A stretch of 64,000 nt of DNA from an uncultured delta proteobacterium (GTDB lineage Bacteria; Desulfobacterota; Binatia; Binatales; Binataceae), in the NCBI GenBank assembly GCA_963711565.1, contig CAVQEQ010000004.1, forward strand, positions 1,024,001 through 1,088,000, given 5' to 3'. The translations under genes and the position numbers were made by a program. The notes beneath the pieces are model-generated. The model did no database searches, was not told the origin of the DNA, and worked only from the letters and a program-made list of their open reading frames with translations. The first letter of the stretch is position 1, and the number at the start of each line of letters is the position of its first letter. Positions 11,099 to 22,030 of the stretch are shown here, in pieces.

Positions 11099-12346
11099 TT
11101 AGGCGGGCCTGAAGGCCAGCGTCGTGTTGGTGCCGCCGAAGCCGAACGAATTATTCAGCGCGATGCGAATTGTCTTGGCGCGCGGCTTGTTCGGCACGTA
11201 GTCGAGGTCGCATTGGGGATCGGGGACTTCCTGGTTGATAGTCGGCGGCATCATCCTGCGATCGATCGCGAGCACCGTGTACACCGACTCGATTGCGCCG
11301 GCCGCGCCGAGCGTGTGCCCGGTCATCGACTTGGTCGAACTGATCGAAAGTTTTGCCGCGCGCTCGCCGAAGACGTGCTTCACCGCTTGAGTCTCGGCGA
11401 GGTCGCCCTGCTCGGTCGAAGTGCCGTGAGCGTTGATGTAATCGACCTCGTTGGGATCGAGGTCGCTGTCTTCGAGGCACATCCGCATGCACTTGGCGGC
11501 GCCGCGTCCCTCGGGCGCGGGCGACGTGATGTGATAGGCGTCGCTGTTGGCGGCGTAACCGCAGATCTCCGCGATGATCTTCGCGCCGCGCTCGATTGCG
11601 GCGTCGCGCTCCTCGAGGATCAGCGCGGCCGAGCCTTCCGACATCACAAATCCGTCGCGCTCCTTGTCGAACGGGCGGCTGGCTTTCGCGGGCTCTTCGT
11701 TGCGCGTCGAGAGCGCCCGCATCGCGACGAATCCGCCGACGCCGAGCGAAGTGATCGCCGCCTCCGAGCCGCCGGTGATCGCGGCGTCGAGGTAGCCGAG
11801 CCTGATCATGCGGTACGCCTCGCCGATCGCATGGCTGCCCGACGCGCACGCACTGGTGGTGGCAAGGTTGGCGCCGCGCGCGCCGTAGCGAATCGAGATC
11901 TGACCGGGCGCCAGGTTGCTGATCAGCTTGGGGATGAAAAACGGGGTGACGTGGCGCAGCCCGGTTTCGATGAAGACCTTGTGGTACTCCTCGATGGTGC
12001 AGAGGCCGCCGATGCCGACGCCGATCAGTACGCCGACGTTGTCGGCATTGTCTTCGGTGATTTTGAACCCCGACTGGCGCATCGCCTGCTCGGCCGACGC
12101 GACCGCGTACTGGATGAAGGGGTCCATCTTTTTGATGTCGCGTTTTTCGATCCAATCCTCGGGATTGAAATCCTTCACCTCGCCTGCGATGCGGGCGGGA
12201 AATTCCGAGGCGTCGAAGCGCGTAATCAGGCCGATACCGGATCGCCCCGCCATCAGGGCGTCCCAGTTCTTCTCCACTCCAACTCCGAGTGGAGTTACCA
12301 GACCGACTCCGGTGACCACCACGCGGCGCTCAAGCATTCGTCTCAT
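11099..12346 (-). CDS. fabF: 3-oxoacyl-ACP synthase II
   Basis: RRVVVTG, SACASG, DAYHIT, NAHGTST, KSMTGH, NSFGFGG; start chosen by GAGGGG RBS. Confidence 0.95.
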   Translation of the reverse strand: MRRMLERRVVVTGVGLVTPLGVGVEKNWDALMAGRSGIGLITRFDASEFPARIAGEVKDFNPEDWIEKRDIKKMDPFIQYAVASAEQAMRQSGFKITEDNADNVGVLIGVGIGGLCTIEEYHKVFIETGLRHVTPFFIPKLISNLAPGQISIRYGARGANLATTSACASGSHAIGEAYRMIRLGYLDAAITGGSEAAITSLGVGGFVAMRALSTRNEEPAKASRPFDKERDGFVMSEGSAALILEERDAAIERGAKIIAEICGYAANSDAYHITSPAPEGRGAAKCMRMCLEDSDLDPNEVDYINAHGTSTEQGDLAETQAVKHVFGERAAKLSISSTKSMTGHTLGAAGAIESVYTVLAIDRRMMPPTINQEVPDPQCDLDYVPNKPRAKTIRIALNNSFGFGGTNTTLAFRPA

Positions 12347-12531
12347 CAGGCCCCTCATCCTCCATCGAATTCAACTTTAATCATCTATCAAAAAGCAGTG
12401 CCGGTCGAGAATCAGATCCACCTTCTTCCCACATTCGCCGTATCTGTGCATGGGGATTCCGCTAAGGATGGAAATAGTAATTAGACACCCCCTTATGGGT
12501 GCGCTAGGCTGGCCGACAAGAGTTCCTGCGA

Positions 12532-12747
12532 ATGACGAGCGAATTTACGGCTATAGTTGAGCGCGACGGCGACTGGTACATCGCGTACTGCGCTGAAATT
12601 CCGGGCGCCAACGGCCAAGGCCGGACCAAAGCGGAAGCAAAAGAGAGTCTGGCAAAGGCGATTAAACTGATCCTAGCCGATCGCCGCACCGATGCTCTTC
12701 GCGGAGTTCCGCCCAGAGCGGTACGGGAAACCGTAACGGTCAAGTGA
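12532..12747 (+). CDS. hicB: HicB family antitoxin (short, no DNA-binding domain)
   Basis: FTAIVERDGDWYIAYCAEIPGANGQGRT..EA..L..AI pattern; GTGA overlap with hicA. Confidence 0.88.
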   Translation: MTSEFTAIVERDGDWYIAYCAEIPGANGQGRTKAEAKESLAKAIKLILADRRTDALRGVPPRAVRETVTVK

Positions 12748-12937
12748 AACGTGGCGACCTGCTTCGTCATGTTCGCCGCCACGGCTGCTATTTGAAGCGC
12801 GAAGGCAGCGCACATTCACTTTGGTGCAATCCCTCAACCGGCGCGGTGGAAGCGTGCCGCGCCACAATGAGATCGCGAATCGGCTCGCGGCGAAGATTTG
12901 CAAGGGGCTTTCGCTTCCGGAACCGGGTCGATCTTGA
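12744..12937 (+). pseudogene. hicA: HicA family toxin with 1-bp frameshift near 12854 (real or assembly error)
   Basis: MKRGDLLRHVRRHGC..REGSAHS; adding one G restores VPRHNEIANRLAAKICKGLSLPEPGRS-stop. Confidence 0.8.
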
Positions 12938-13023
12938 GAGCAGTCCAAGGTTCGATTCGTAATCGCTTCGGTCAAGAGAACTCGGCCTTGCATCTAAACT
13001 TGGACCGATGAAACAATCCAATC

Positions 13024-13392
13024 GTGCCGCTCAGCAATCCCGCAGACGATCCGTTCACTAAACTCGCGCAAAATCTTGGCGAACTCGAGATCGTGATCGG
13101 CGAGCGTGCGCGGCCTGCGATTGCCGGCGTGCGCGAGGGTTTGCGCGACGCGCTCGCATGCCGCGAGCGGGGCGATATGGCCGGGTCGATTGCCGCGATT
13201 CGCGTCGCGATGGAGCGGCTCGCTAATCTCGGCAGCACGCTCGACCCGGAGGAGGGCGCGATGATGCGGTTTATCGCGGATCGATTCACCGAAGCGCTGG
13301 GCGCCGGGCAGAAGGGTGACGCGAAAACCAGCGTGGACCTGATGCGTCGCAAGGCCGGCGACACCAACGACGACGACAAGAAAGATTGGTGA
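13024..13392 (+). CDS. Hypothetical helical protein
   Basis: 122-aa ORF with typical codon usage; no recognised motif. Confidence 0.7.
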   Translation: MPLSNPADDPFTKLAQNLGELEIVIGERARPAIAGVREGLRDALACRERGDMAGSIAAIRVAMERLANLGSTLDPEEGAMMRFIADRFTEALGAGQKGDAKTSVDLMRRKAGDTNDDDKKDW

Positions 13393-13501
13393 CCGCGCCC
13401 GCAGTTGGCGAGTCGCGCGCGTCCTGCGGTAAAATTTAGCGACATCGATTGAACCTAAACCGCGGATTCGATTACCGCCCCAAACCACGCGTGGTGAAAC
13501 C

Positions 13502-15535
13502 TTGGCGACTGCATCTGCGCAAATCAAAGTGAACCGATCCGATCTCGACCAAACCTGTGTCAACGCGATTCGCGTGCTGACCATCGACGCGGTCCAGAAG
13601 GCCAACTCCGGCCATTGCGGGTTGCCGATGGGCATGGCGCCCGTCGCATACCTGCTCTACACGCGCTTCATGCGGCATAACCCGAAGAATCCAAAATGGT
13701 TCGGCCGCGACCGTTTCGTGCTCTCCGCCGGCCACGGCTCGATGCTGCTGTACAGCCTGCTCTATCTTACCGGCTACGATATCTCTCTCGACGACATCAA
13801 GCAGTTCCGCCAGCTCGGCAGCAAAACTCCCGGCCATCCCGAGTACTGGTGCGTCCCCGGCGTCGAGACCACCACCGGCCCGCTCGGCCAGGGCTTCGGT
13901 AACGCCGTCGGCATGGCGATGGCCGCGAAGCATCTCGAAGCGCACTTCGAGCGCGACAAGTCGGGCCTGTTCGACCATCGCATCTTCGGCATCTGCAGCG
14001 ACGGCGACCTGATGGAAGGCGTGTCGAGCGAGGCGGCGTCGATCGCGGGACACCTCGGGCTCGGCAACATTGTTTTTCTTTACGACGACAACCACGTGAC
14101 CATCGACGGGCACACCGAGCTCAGCTTCGACGAGGACGTGGTCAAGCGCTTCGACGCGTACAAGTGGCACACGCAGGATGTCGCGGATGCGAACGATCTC
14201 GTGGCGCTGTCGAAGGCGATTGAAAATGGAATCGCGGAGACCAGTCGCCCGTCGCTGATTCGAGTCCACTCGATCATCGGCTACGGCAGCCCGCATAAGC
14301 AGGGCACCTCGGCGGCGCATAGCAATCCGCTCGGCGTCGAAGAGGTCAAGCTGACCAAGGAATTCTACAAATATCCGACCGAGCCGCCGTTCTTCGTCCC
14401 CGACGACGCGCTGGCGCATTTCCGCGAATGCGTCGAGCGTGGCGAGGAGATGGAGTCGGCTTGGAGCACGAAGTTCGAAACCTACGCCAAAAAAAATTCC
14501 GTCCTGGCTGGAGAATTTCAGGCGGTACTCGCGAAGGAGCTGCCCAATGGATGGGACGCCGAGCTGCCCGTGTTCACGCCCAAGGACAGCCTGGCGACGC
14601 GAGTGTCAGCCTCGCAGGCCGAAGCTGCGATCGCGAAGAAAGTCTGGTTCCTGTTCGGCGGCTCCGCCGACTTGAACGAATCCACCTTCACCGACATCAA
14701 GGACGGCGGCGATTTCGAGCGCGGGAACTACGACGGCCGCAATCCACATTTCGGAATCCGCGAGCACGGCATGTGCTCGATTCTCAATGGCCTCGCGCTC
14801 CACGGCGGGTTCATCCCGTACGGCTCGAGCTTCCTGTGCTTTACCGACTACGCACGCGGGGCGATTCGGCTGGCGGCGCTGATGGAACTGCAGGTTGTCT
14901 TCGTCTTCACGCACGACTCGATCGGCGTCGGCGAGGACGGCCCGACGCACGAGCCTATCGAGCATCTCGCGTCCCTGCGCGCGATTCCGCATCTCACTGT
15001 GTTTCGCCCCGGCGACGCGAACGAGGCGGTCGAGGCCTGGCGCACCGTCATGACGCATACGCAGGGGCCGGTACTGCTCGCGCTCTCGCGGCAGAAGGTG
15101 CCGACGCTCGATCGTACGAAGATGGCGCCCGCGAGCGGCGCGCGACGCGGCGGCTACGTGATTAGTGAGACGCAAGGCCGTCCTGCGGACATCATTCTGC
15201 TCGGCTCAGGATCCGAGCTGTCGCTGGTCGTCGATGCGAAAGCGAAGCTTGAAGATAAGGGCAAGTCGGTCCGCGTCGTCAGCATGCCCAGCGAAAATAT
15301 TTTCGAGCAGCAGGATCAGGCTTATCGCGATTCCGTTCTGCCGCCGGCCATTCGCCGCCGGCTCGCGGTGGAAGCGGGCGCGACGATGTCATGGTACCGA
15401 TGGGTCGGGCTCGACGGCGACATTATCGGGATGACGACCTACGGCGCCTCGGGCAAGTCCGAAGAAGTGATGAAGCATTTCGGCTTCACCGTGGACAACG
15501 TCGTCGAGCGCGCGCTGAAATTGCTCGCGCGTTAG
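13502..15535 (+). CDS. tkt: Transketolase
   Basis: NSGH, RDRFVLSAGH, TTGPLGQG, SDGDLMEG, GIREH, THDSIGVGEDGPTH. Confidence 0.97.
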   Translation: MATASAQIKVNRSDLDQTCVNAIRVLTIDAVQKANSGHCGLPMGMAPVAYLLYTRFMRHNPKNPKWFGRDRFVLSAGHGSMLLYSLLYLTGYDISLDDIKQFRQLGSKTPGHPEYWCVPGVETTTGPLGQGFGNAVGMAMAAKHLEAHFERDKSGLFDHRIFGICSDGDLMEGVSSEAASIAGHLGLGNIVFLYDDNHVTIDGHTELSFDEDVVKRFDAYKWHTQDVADANDLVALSKAIENGIAETSRPSLIRVHSIIGYGSPHKQGTSAAHSNPLGVEEVKLTKEFYKYPTEPPFFVPDDALAHFRECVERGEEMESAWSTKFETYAKKNSVLAGEFQAVLAKELPNGWDAELPVFTPKDSLATRVSASQAEAAIAKKVWFLFGGSADLNESTFTDIKDGGDFERGNYDGRNPHFGIREHGMCSILNGLALHGGFIPYGSSFLCFTDYARGAIRLAALMELQVVFVFTHDSIGVGEDGPTHEPIEHLASLRAIPHLTVFRPGDANEAVEAWRTVMTHTQGPVLLALSRQKVPTLDRTKMAPASGARRGGYVISETQGRPADIILLGSGSELSLVVDAKAKLEDKGKSVRVVSMPSENIFEQQDQAYRDSVLPPAIRRRLAVEAGATMSWYRWVGLDGDIIGMTTYGASGKSEEVMKHFGFTVDNVVERALKLLAR

Positions 15536-15558
15536 CGCGCCCGCTCGCTTATAAAGTT

Positions 15559-16302
15559 ATGTCTGAACCGAAATTGATCATTCTCAACGACGCGCAGGAA
15601 CTCTACGTTCGTGCCGCCGAAGAAGTCGCGCATATCACCGGCGAGGCGATCTGCACCCACGGCGAGTTCACGTTTTGTCTGTCGGGCGGCTCGACGCCCG
15701 CCGCCACCTACGACTTGCTCGCGACGCGATTTCGCCTGAGCGTCGATTGGAAGGAAGTGCAGTTTTTCTGGGGCGACGAACGATGCGTCCCACCCGATAA
15801 CGCCGAGAGCAACTACGCGATGGCGAATCGCACGATGCTGAGCAAGCTCGCGCTCCGCCCCGACCAGGTGCATCGGATGCGCGGCGAGGATCCTCCCGCG
15901 CCCGCGGCCGCCGCTTACGACGACCTGTTGCGCAAGCGCTTCGGACTTGCCGACGGCGAATTCCCGCGTTTCGATCTCATCATGTTGGGGCTCGGCGACA
16001 ATCGCCATACCGTGTCGCTGTTTCCGGGCGATCCCGCGATTCACGAAACCCAGCGCATGGTGGTTGCCGTCGAGGTTGCCGCCGAGCCGCCCAGGCGCCT
16101 GACCTTCACGCCGCCGGTGATCAACAACGCGCAGCACGTGATGTTCCTGGTGGCCGGGCAGGGCAAGGCCGCCGCCGTCAAGGACGTGCTCGAAGGACCG
16201 CGCGACCCGGACAAATTCCCCGCGCAGATAGTCGCGCCGGCGGGCGGCGAGGTGATCTGGATTCTCGACAAGGCCGCCGCCAGCCTGCTTTCTCCGCGCT
16301 GA
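15559..16302 (+). CDS. pgl: 6-phosphogluconolactonase
   Basis: LSGGSTP, FWGDER, LGLGDNRHTVSLFP. Confidence 0.93.
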   Translation: MSEPKLIILNDAQELYVRAAEEVAHITGEAICTHGEFTFCLSGGSTPAATYDLLATRFRLSVDWKEVQFFWGDERCVPPDNAESNYAMANRTMLSKLALRPDQVHRMRGEDPPAPAAAAYDDLLRKRFGLADGEFPRFDLIMLGLGDNRHTVSLFPGDPAIHETQRMVVAVEVAAEPPRRLTFTPPVINNAQHVMFLVAGQGKAAAVKDVLEGPRDPDKFPAQIVAPAGGEVIWILDKAAASLLSPR

Positions 16303-16320
16303 TCGGGCAAAATAGACGCG

Positions 16321-16861
16321 ATGCGATTCGTATTGCGCCACTTTACCGCAATTCTCATCCTTGCCGCAGTGGCGGCATGGGCGGTGTTTTACCTGCCGAA
16401 CTCTCCGACTTGGGCCGTGCTTCGGCTGAAGCAGAATATCGACGCGCGCGACGGCGACGAAGCGGCCAAGTACGTCGATTTCGAAAGCGTCGTGAAGAAG
16501 GCGGGTCAAGAGATGGTGCAGAAGCAGGGCGGCACCGACCCGCTGAGTGCGATGCTCGGCAACGCCGCGATCGAGATGCTCAGCAAGCCGATGGCGCAGG
16601 TGGCAAAATCGTGGGCCATCCAGAAAGTCGATGACGGTGCGCGCGAAGTGCAGATGCCCGGGGTGGCCGTGGCGGGCTCGATCGTCCTCTTGCATCGAAA
16701 CGGCGACACTGCGGCCACCGACTTCACCGACAACAAGGGTCAGCGCTGGCGGATACACCTGGCGCGCGGCGACGACGGCTATTGGCGCGTCACAGAGATC
16801 GAAGACGTTCGAGCAATTTCTGCAAAAGCTCCAACGCAACCAGCCCATGGCCACGCCCTAG
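16321..16861 (+). CDS. DUF2939-like membrane-anchored protein; probable +1 indel near 16809
   Basis: N-terminal TM helix, SPTWAV, YVDFESV; alternative frame gives a natural ending EQFLQKLQRNQPMATP-stop at 16861. Confidence 0.65.
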
Positions 16862-16897
16862 CCGCGGCCATTGTTCTTAATGTCTTCTTCTGATTTC

Positions 16898-17000
16898 AGT
16901 GGGGCGGGCCGCCGTGCCCGCCCTCTCTGGGATTTTCCTAGCAGACAATTGAGTAAGGTGAGTCACTGGCCGGATGGCGGGCACGGCGGCCCGCCCCACT
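16898..17000. repeat. REPIN-like element (family D): perfect 25-bp inverted repeats around a 53-bp spacer
   Basis: AGTGGGGCGGGCCGCCGTGCCCGCC at 16898-16922 and its reverse complement at 16976-17000. Confidence 0.9.
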
Positions 17001-17112
17001 ATATACAGACCCTGAGAGCGCTGCGTTTACTCTGTTCCCAGCGACGGCTAGAATAGAGCTCACGCGCGGGCGAACCTGACGGGCTCGGCCGCGCGTTAGC
17101 ATTCATCACACA

Positions 17113-18960
17113 ATGAGACGCCCAGACATAAGAAATTTAGCGATCGTCGCCCACGTCGATCACGGTAAAACCACTTTGGTCAACGCGATGCTGCGGCAGT
17201 CGGGCGTGTTTCGCGCCAACGAGCAGGTCATTGATCGCGTGATGGATTCCAACGCACTCGAGCGCGAACGCGGCATCACGATCATGGCCAAGAACACCTC
17301 GATCCTGTGGGGTGAGACGCGCATCAACATCGTCGATACTCCCGGTCACTCGGATTTCGGCGGCGAGGTCGAGCGCACGTTGTCGATGGTCAACGGCGTG
17401 CTGCTGCTGGTCGATGCGTGCGAGGGGCCCCTGCCGCAGACGCGGTTCGTGCTTAAGAAGGCGCTCGAGTCGAACCTGCCCGCGATTCTTTGCATCAACA
17501 AAATAGATCGCGCCGACGCGCGCGCGCCCGAAGTTCTCGACGAGGTTTACGATCTGTTCATCGACCTCGGCGCCAACGAAAGCCAGCTCGATTTCCCGGT
17601 GCTCTACACGCAAGCGCGCGCGGGAACCGCCTCGCTCAAGCTCGACGTTCCGAGTGAGAATCTGGTGCCGCTGTTCGACGCGATAGTCGCGCATCTGCCC
17701 GGCCCCGAAGTCGATCCCGACGCTACGCTGCAATTCCAGGTAAATAACATCGACTACGACGATTACGTCGGCCGCCTCGCGGTCGGCAGGATCATCGCCG
17801 GCTCGATGACGGCGTCGCAGAACTATTCGCTGTGCCGGCGCGACGGCAAGACCGTCGTGTGCAAGGTCGCCCACATCTACGGCTGGCAGGGGCTGACGCG
17901 CGTCGAGCGCGATACCGCCAGCGCGGGCGAGATTGTGATCGTCGCGGGCGTCGAGGATATCGCGATCGGTGAGACCATCGCCGACCTCGAAAACCCGCGC
18001 CCGCTGCCGCCGATTCGCATCGATGAGCCGACCGTGGCGATGACCTTCTCGGTGAACAATTCGCCGTGGGCGGGCCGCGAGGGAGAATTCGTCACCTCGC
18101 GCAAGCTGGGCGAGCGCATCGAATTCGAAGCGCGGCGCAACGTCAGCACCCGCGTCGAGCAGTTGTCGCCGGAAGCGTGGCGCGTGATGGGCCGCGGCGA
18201 ATTGCAGCTCGCCGTGATCATAGAAACCATGCGTCGCGAAGGCTACGAGATGCAGGTCTCGAAGCCCACCGTAATCACCAAGCAGGCCGACGGCCAGGTC
18301 CTCGAGCCGATGGAAATGCTCGTCATCGACATCCCCTCCGAGTACATCGGCACCGTCACGCAGATGCTCTCGAGCCGCAAGGCCAAGATGCGCACGATGG
18401 TCACGCATGCGAGCAATCGCGTGCGGCTCGAGTACGACATTCCCGCGCGCGGGCTGATCGGCTTTCGCGGCAGGTTTCTCGAAAGCACCCGCGGCAACGG
18501 CCTGATGAATACTCTCTTCAATGGTTACGCGCCGTGGTCGGGCACGATTCGCTCGCGCGCCAACGGGGCGATGATTTCCGATCGCGAGGGCGTCAGCACC
18601 CCTTACGCGATCTTCCATTTGCAGGAGCGCGGTATATTCTTCGTCGGACCCGGCCAGCCGGTTTATGAGGGGATGATCGTCGGCGAGTATGCGCGCGAGA
18701 TAAATTTGCCCGTCAACGTGTGCCGTGAAAAAAAGCTCAGCAATATGCGTGCGTCAGGCCACGATGAAGCCATTCGACTGTCTCCCGCGCGCATTCCGAC
18801 GCTCGACGCGGCGCTGGAATGGATCGACGAGGAGGAGCTGGTCGAGGTCACGCCCAAGTCGGTGCGGCTGCGCAACCGCGTCCTCAAGACCGCGCTCAGG
18901 AACAAGCATCGTGCGGGATACATCGACGCGCCGCCGTCGGAGATGGCCGAAGGCAACTGA
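17113..18960 (+). CDS. typA: Translational GTPase TypA/BipA
   Basis: [46 protein letters not shown]. Confidence 0.96.
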   Translation: MRRPDIRNLAIVAHVDHGKTTLVNAMLRQSGVFRANEQVIDRVMDSNALERERGITIMAKNTSILWGETRINIVDTPGHSDFGGEVERTLSMVNGVLLLVDACEGPLPQTRFVLKKALESNLPAILCINKIDRADARAPEVLDEVYDLFIDLGANESQLDFPVLYTQARAGTASLKLDVPSENLVPLFDAIVAHLPGPEVDPDATLQFQVNNIDYDDYVGRLAVGRIIAGSMTASQNYSLCRRDGKTVVCKVAHIYGWQGLTRVERDTASAGEIVIVAGVEDIAIGETIADLENPRPLPPIRIDEPTVAMTFSVNNSPWAGREGEFVTSRKLGERIEFEARRNVSTRVEQLSPEAWRVMGRGELQLAVIIETMRREGYEMQVSKPTVITKQADGQVLEPMEMLVIDIPSEYIGTVTQMLSSRKAKMRTMVTHASNRVRLEYDIPARGLIGFRGRFLESTRGNGLMNTLFNGYAPWSGTIRSRANGAMISDREGVSTPYAIFHLQERGIFFVGPGQPVYEGMIVGEYAREINLPVNVCREKKLSNMRASGHDEAIRLSPARIPTLDAALEWIDEEELVEVTPKSVRLRNRVLKTALRNKHRAGYIDAPPSEMAEGN

Positions 18961-19020
18961 TCGCTTCGTGAGCCATGCGTTCGGCGTCGCGCGGGACGTG
19001 GCGATGGCGTCATCGCAATC

Positions 19021-22000
19021 ATGAGACTGGTCCGAATCGCCGCGGGTTTCGCGCTCATCCTGATAATCGTGGTCGGCGGTTCCGCGGGCCTGATCCTTTC
19101 CAACCAGGCTCGCCTCGTCGTTTACGTCCTCTCCTCGATCCACAAACGCACCGGCGTCGAGATCATCCCGCGTGCCAGTTCCGTCCACCTCAGCACTCAC
19201 CTGATTGTCGTCCTCGACCAACCGCAGGTCATCGAAAATGGTCATGAAATCGTCAAGCTGAAATCGCTCAGCGCCACAATCTCCTACCATTCAATCTTCA
19301 CCGGCACCGGGCTTCCGCTGTATCGCCTCACCGCCGACAGTCCCGAGATAACCCTTCCTGTCACCGCGACTCACGCGGCCGCCGTCTCGGTCCCGCGCCC
19401 CGGCACCCCGACAATCGATGCGCTGCAGGACACGCTGCACTCGCTGGCGCGGATTTGCTGGCGCGTCGATACGATCGACGCATCGGTGCGCTACGCCGAC
19501 GGCGTGCCGCTGGCGAATCACGTTGGGATGGTGGCGTATCGTACCCGTCGCGAACCTTCTCGATGGCGGCTCGGCTTCAGCGGCGCGCTGCTTGGCGCGC
19601 GTGTTTCCGGCGCACAATTCAGCGGGAAGTTCAGTTTGGGCACTTCGAGCAGTTCGCGTCCCGGCGAATTCGGGCATGGCGAGGTGTGGACCTGGAACGT
19701 GCCGCTCGAGGGAATCGAGGCTGAGGGTTTCACCCTGGCCGGCGCCGTCCAGAGCACCCTCAAATATTCGCTCCGTGATGACGGCTCGGTGACCGGCGAG
19801 ATCGATGCCGGTGCGAAGGACCTGGTACTCAAAAGTGCGCGGCTCGCTGCTCCGCAGGATCTTGGCGAGTACTCGCTGCATGCCGGCTTCGACATCACCG
19901 ACGGCAAGTATGCGGTCAACCAAATCGTTTTGCGCCACGTCAACACGCCGATTCTTTCCGCCAATACCGAGCTGGTCGGTCCTGAAAGCGAGAAGCCTCG
20001 CCTGGGAATCCAACTCGGCGGATTTCGCTTCGACGCGGCTGCGGTTAAGCAGAAGCTGCTGTCGGTCCGTCATCTGCCCGCCGACTTCGTGAGCATGCTC
20101 AACCGGCTCGGTCCTGGCAAGGTGACCGTCGGTGACGCGACTCTCAGCGCCGCGCTCGAGGAGATCAAGACTGCGCCGCTCGAAACGATTCGCAGGAACC
20201 TCGTGGTCACCGGCATGATCGAGGACGTGGGCTTCACAATTCCGTCGGATACCAGGCTGCCGGCTGTCAACGGTCTGAGCGCGCAGCTCGCCTACTCGAA
20301 GGGCCTGCTGACGATCTCGCAGGGCACCGCGAAGTTCGGAAACTCCTCGATCCACGACCTCGTTGCCAGTGCGAATCTTGCCAACGGAATCGAGGGCGCC
20401 GACTACAAGTCCAGCGTCGGCATGGACGCCGACCTCGCCGAACTCTATCCCGCCATCGCGCGGTCGCTCGAGTTGTATCAATTGCAGCAACGCGACCGTC
20501 TCGAGCACTTGGGCGGCCGCGTCCAGGTGGTTGTTACCGCATCGGGAAAGTTGAGTGTTAAAACCCTGGTTCCACCCAAAGATTACCAGGTGCGCGCGGA
20601 TGCTAACGGCACCGTCGTCAGCATCAAGGGTTCGCCGGGACCGCTCAAGGTTTCACGCGGCACGATCGTCATCAATCGGGACTCAGTCAGGTTCGACCAT
20701 CTGATGCTGGCGGCGACCGGTGGCGACGCGACCCTGGACGGCACCGTCAATTTCGTTAAGCAGGGATTCATACTGCGCGATGTGACCCTCGGTCTGCATA
20801 ACTTCCCGTCCGAAACGTGGTTGTCGTTACTGGTCGATCCGTCCGATTTCAGCGTGAGCGGACCGATCGGCGGCAGAGTCGTCGTCAACAGCGATCCAAA
20901 GAATCTCACGAACATGACGCCCGAAGGCAAGCTGACGCTCGCCGGGGGCAACGTGAAGTTCAACTTCCTGCGCTCGCCGATCCTGGTTCAGGGCGCGACG
21001 CTCACCATGCACCGCAAGGAGGTCATCCTCGCGATGCCGGGCTCCAAGCTGGAAAATCAGGCGATCAACTTCAAGGTCACTGTCGCTGACTACACACATC
21101 CCACGATTCGCATCGACGCCACCGTGCAGAAGCTCGATCTCGAGGTGATGAACTTTGTGCGGATGCCGTGGTCGCCGGCCATGCCGCCGATCCATTTCCC
21201 GGTTCCTTGCAGCGGGCATATCGAAGCGCACGCGGCAAATCTGGCGGCATTTCAGATGACCAACGTCAAGACTGATTTTACGCGCAGCCCCATGGGCGAT
21301 TGGCACATTTACAACATGAGCGCTACCGCCTATCGCGGGAAGATGAAGCTCGAACTGGTCGGCCGCGCCCCCGACAACTGGATTCACATGATGGGCAGCG
21401 CCACCGACATGGACCCGGCGCCGCTCTTCATGCTGGGCGGCGAGAACAAGCAGTCGCCGTTGTTGGGGCATCTCTATCTGGCAGCGGATCTGTGGGGCAA
21501 CACCGACACCAACTTCTTCGAGACTCTTGCCGGCGACATGACGATCACCGTGCGCGACGGAACCCTCAACAAGTTTACCCTGCTCTCGCGCCTGCTGAGT
21601 TTTATCGATATCAAGAATTGGTTGAGCGCGCAGATTCCGGACCCGCGCATCAATGGCGTCCCGTTCAAAACTATCTTCACCGATTTCAAAGGCGAGGGCG
21701 GCCTTTTCTACACCGATAACTTCGCGCTGAAGGGCCCAGTGATGGATATAACTGCGAACGGCAGCATTCAGTTCGGCGCCGATATGCTCGATATGCAGGT
21801 CGGCATGTTCCCGTTCGACACGGTCAACTGGGTCTTGAATCACATCCCGTTAATCGGCGAGCGCATCGGCTCGGGCACCGGCAAACTTGTCGCGGCGTAC
21901 TTCCATGTCAGCGGCCCGATCAGCAACCCGTCGATTATGCCGCAACCGATTTCGTCGGTGACGAACTTCATCAAGAAGACTCTCGGCATGCCGATAAACA

Positions 22001-22026
22001 TCATCCGTCCCAACACGATCAAGTGA
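19021..22026 (+). CDS. AsmA-like family lipid-bridge protein
   Basis: 1001 aa, N-terminal TM anchor, beta-rich body, C-terminal IPLIG..AAYFHVSGPISNP pattern. Confidence 0.8.
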   Translation: MRLVRIAAGFALILIIVVGGSAGLILSNQARLVVYVLSSIHKRTGVEIIPRASSVHLSTHLIVVLDQPQVIENGHEIVKLKSLSATISYHSIFTGTGLPLYRLTADSPEITLPVTATHAAAVSVPRPGTPTIDALQDTLHSLARICWRVDTIDASVRYADGVPLANHVGMVAYRTRREPSRWRLGFSGALLGARVSGAQFSGKFSLGTSSSSRPGEFGHGEVWTWNVPLEGIEAEGFTLAGAVQSTLKYSLRDDGSVTGEIDAGAKDLVLKSARLAAPQDLGEYSLHAGFDITDGKYAVNQIVLRHVNTPILSANTELVGPESEKPRLGIQLGGFRFDAAAVKQKLLSVRHLPADFVSMLNRLGPGKVTVGDATLSAALEEIKTAPLETIRRNLVVTGMIEDVGFTIPSDTRLPAVNGLSAQLAYSKGLLTISQGTAKFGNSSIHDLVASANLANGIEGADYKSSVGMDADLAELYPAIARSLELYQLQQRDRLEHLGGRVQVVVTASGKLSVKTLVPPKDYQVRADANGTVVSIKGSPGPLKVSRGTIVINRDSVRFDHLMLAATGGDATLDGTVNFVKQGFILRDVTLGLHNFPSETWLSLLVDPSDFSVSGPIGGRVVVNSDPKNLTNMTPEGKLTLAGGNVKFNFLRSPILVQGATLTMHRKEVILAMPGSKLENQAINFKVTVADYTHPTIRIDATVQKLDLEVMNFVRMPWSPAMPPIHFPVPCSGHIEAHAANLAAFQMTNVKTDFTRSPMGDWHIYNMSATAYRGKMKLELVGRAPDNWIHMMGSATDMDPAPLFMLGGENKQSPLLGHLYLAADLWGNTDTNFFETLAGDMTITVRDGTLNKFTLLSRLLSFIDIKNWLSAQIPDPRINGVPFKTIFTDFKGEGGLFYTDNFALKGPVMDITANGSIQFGADMLDMQVGMFPFDTVNWVLNHIPLIGERIGSGTGKLVAAYFHVSGPISNPSIMPQPISSVTNFIKKTLGMPINIIRPNTIK

Positions 22027-22030
22027 GTCA

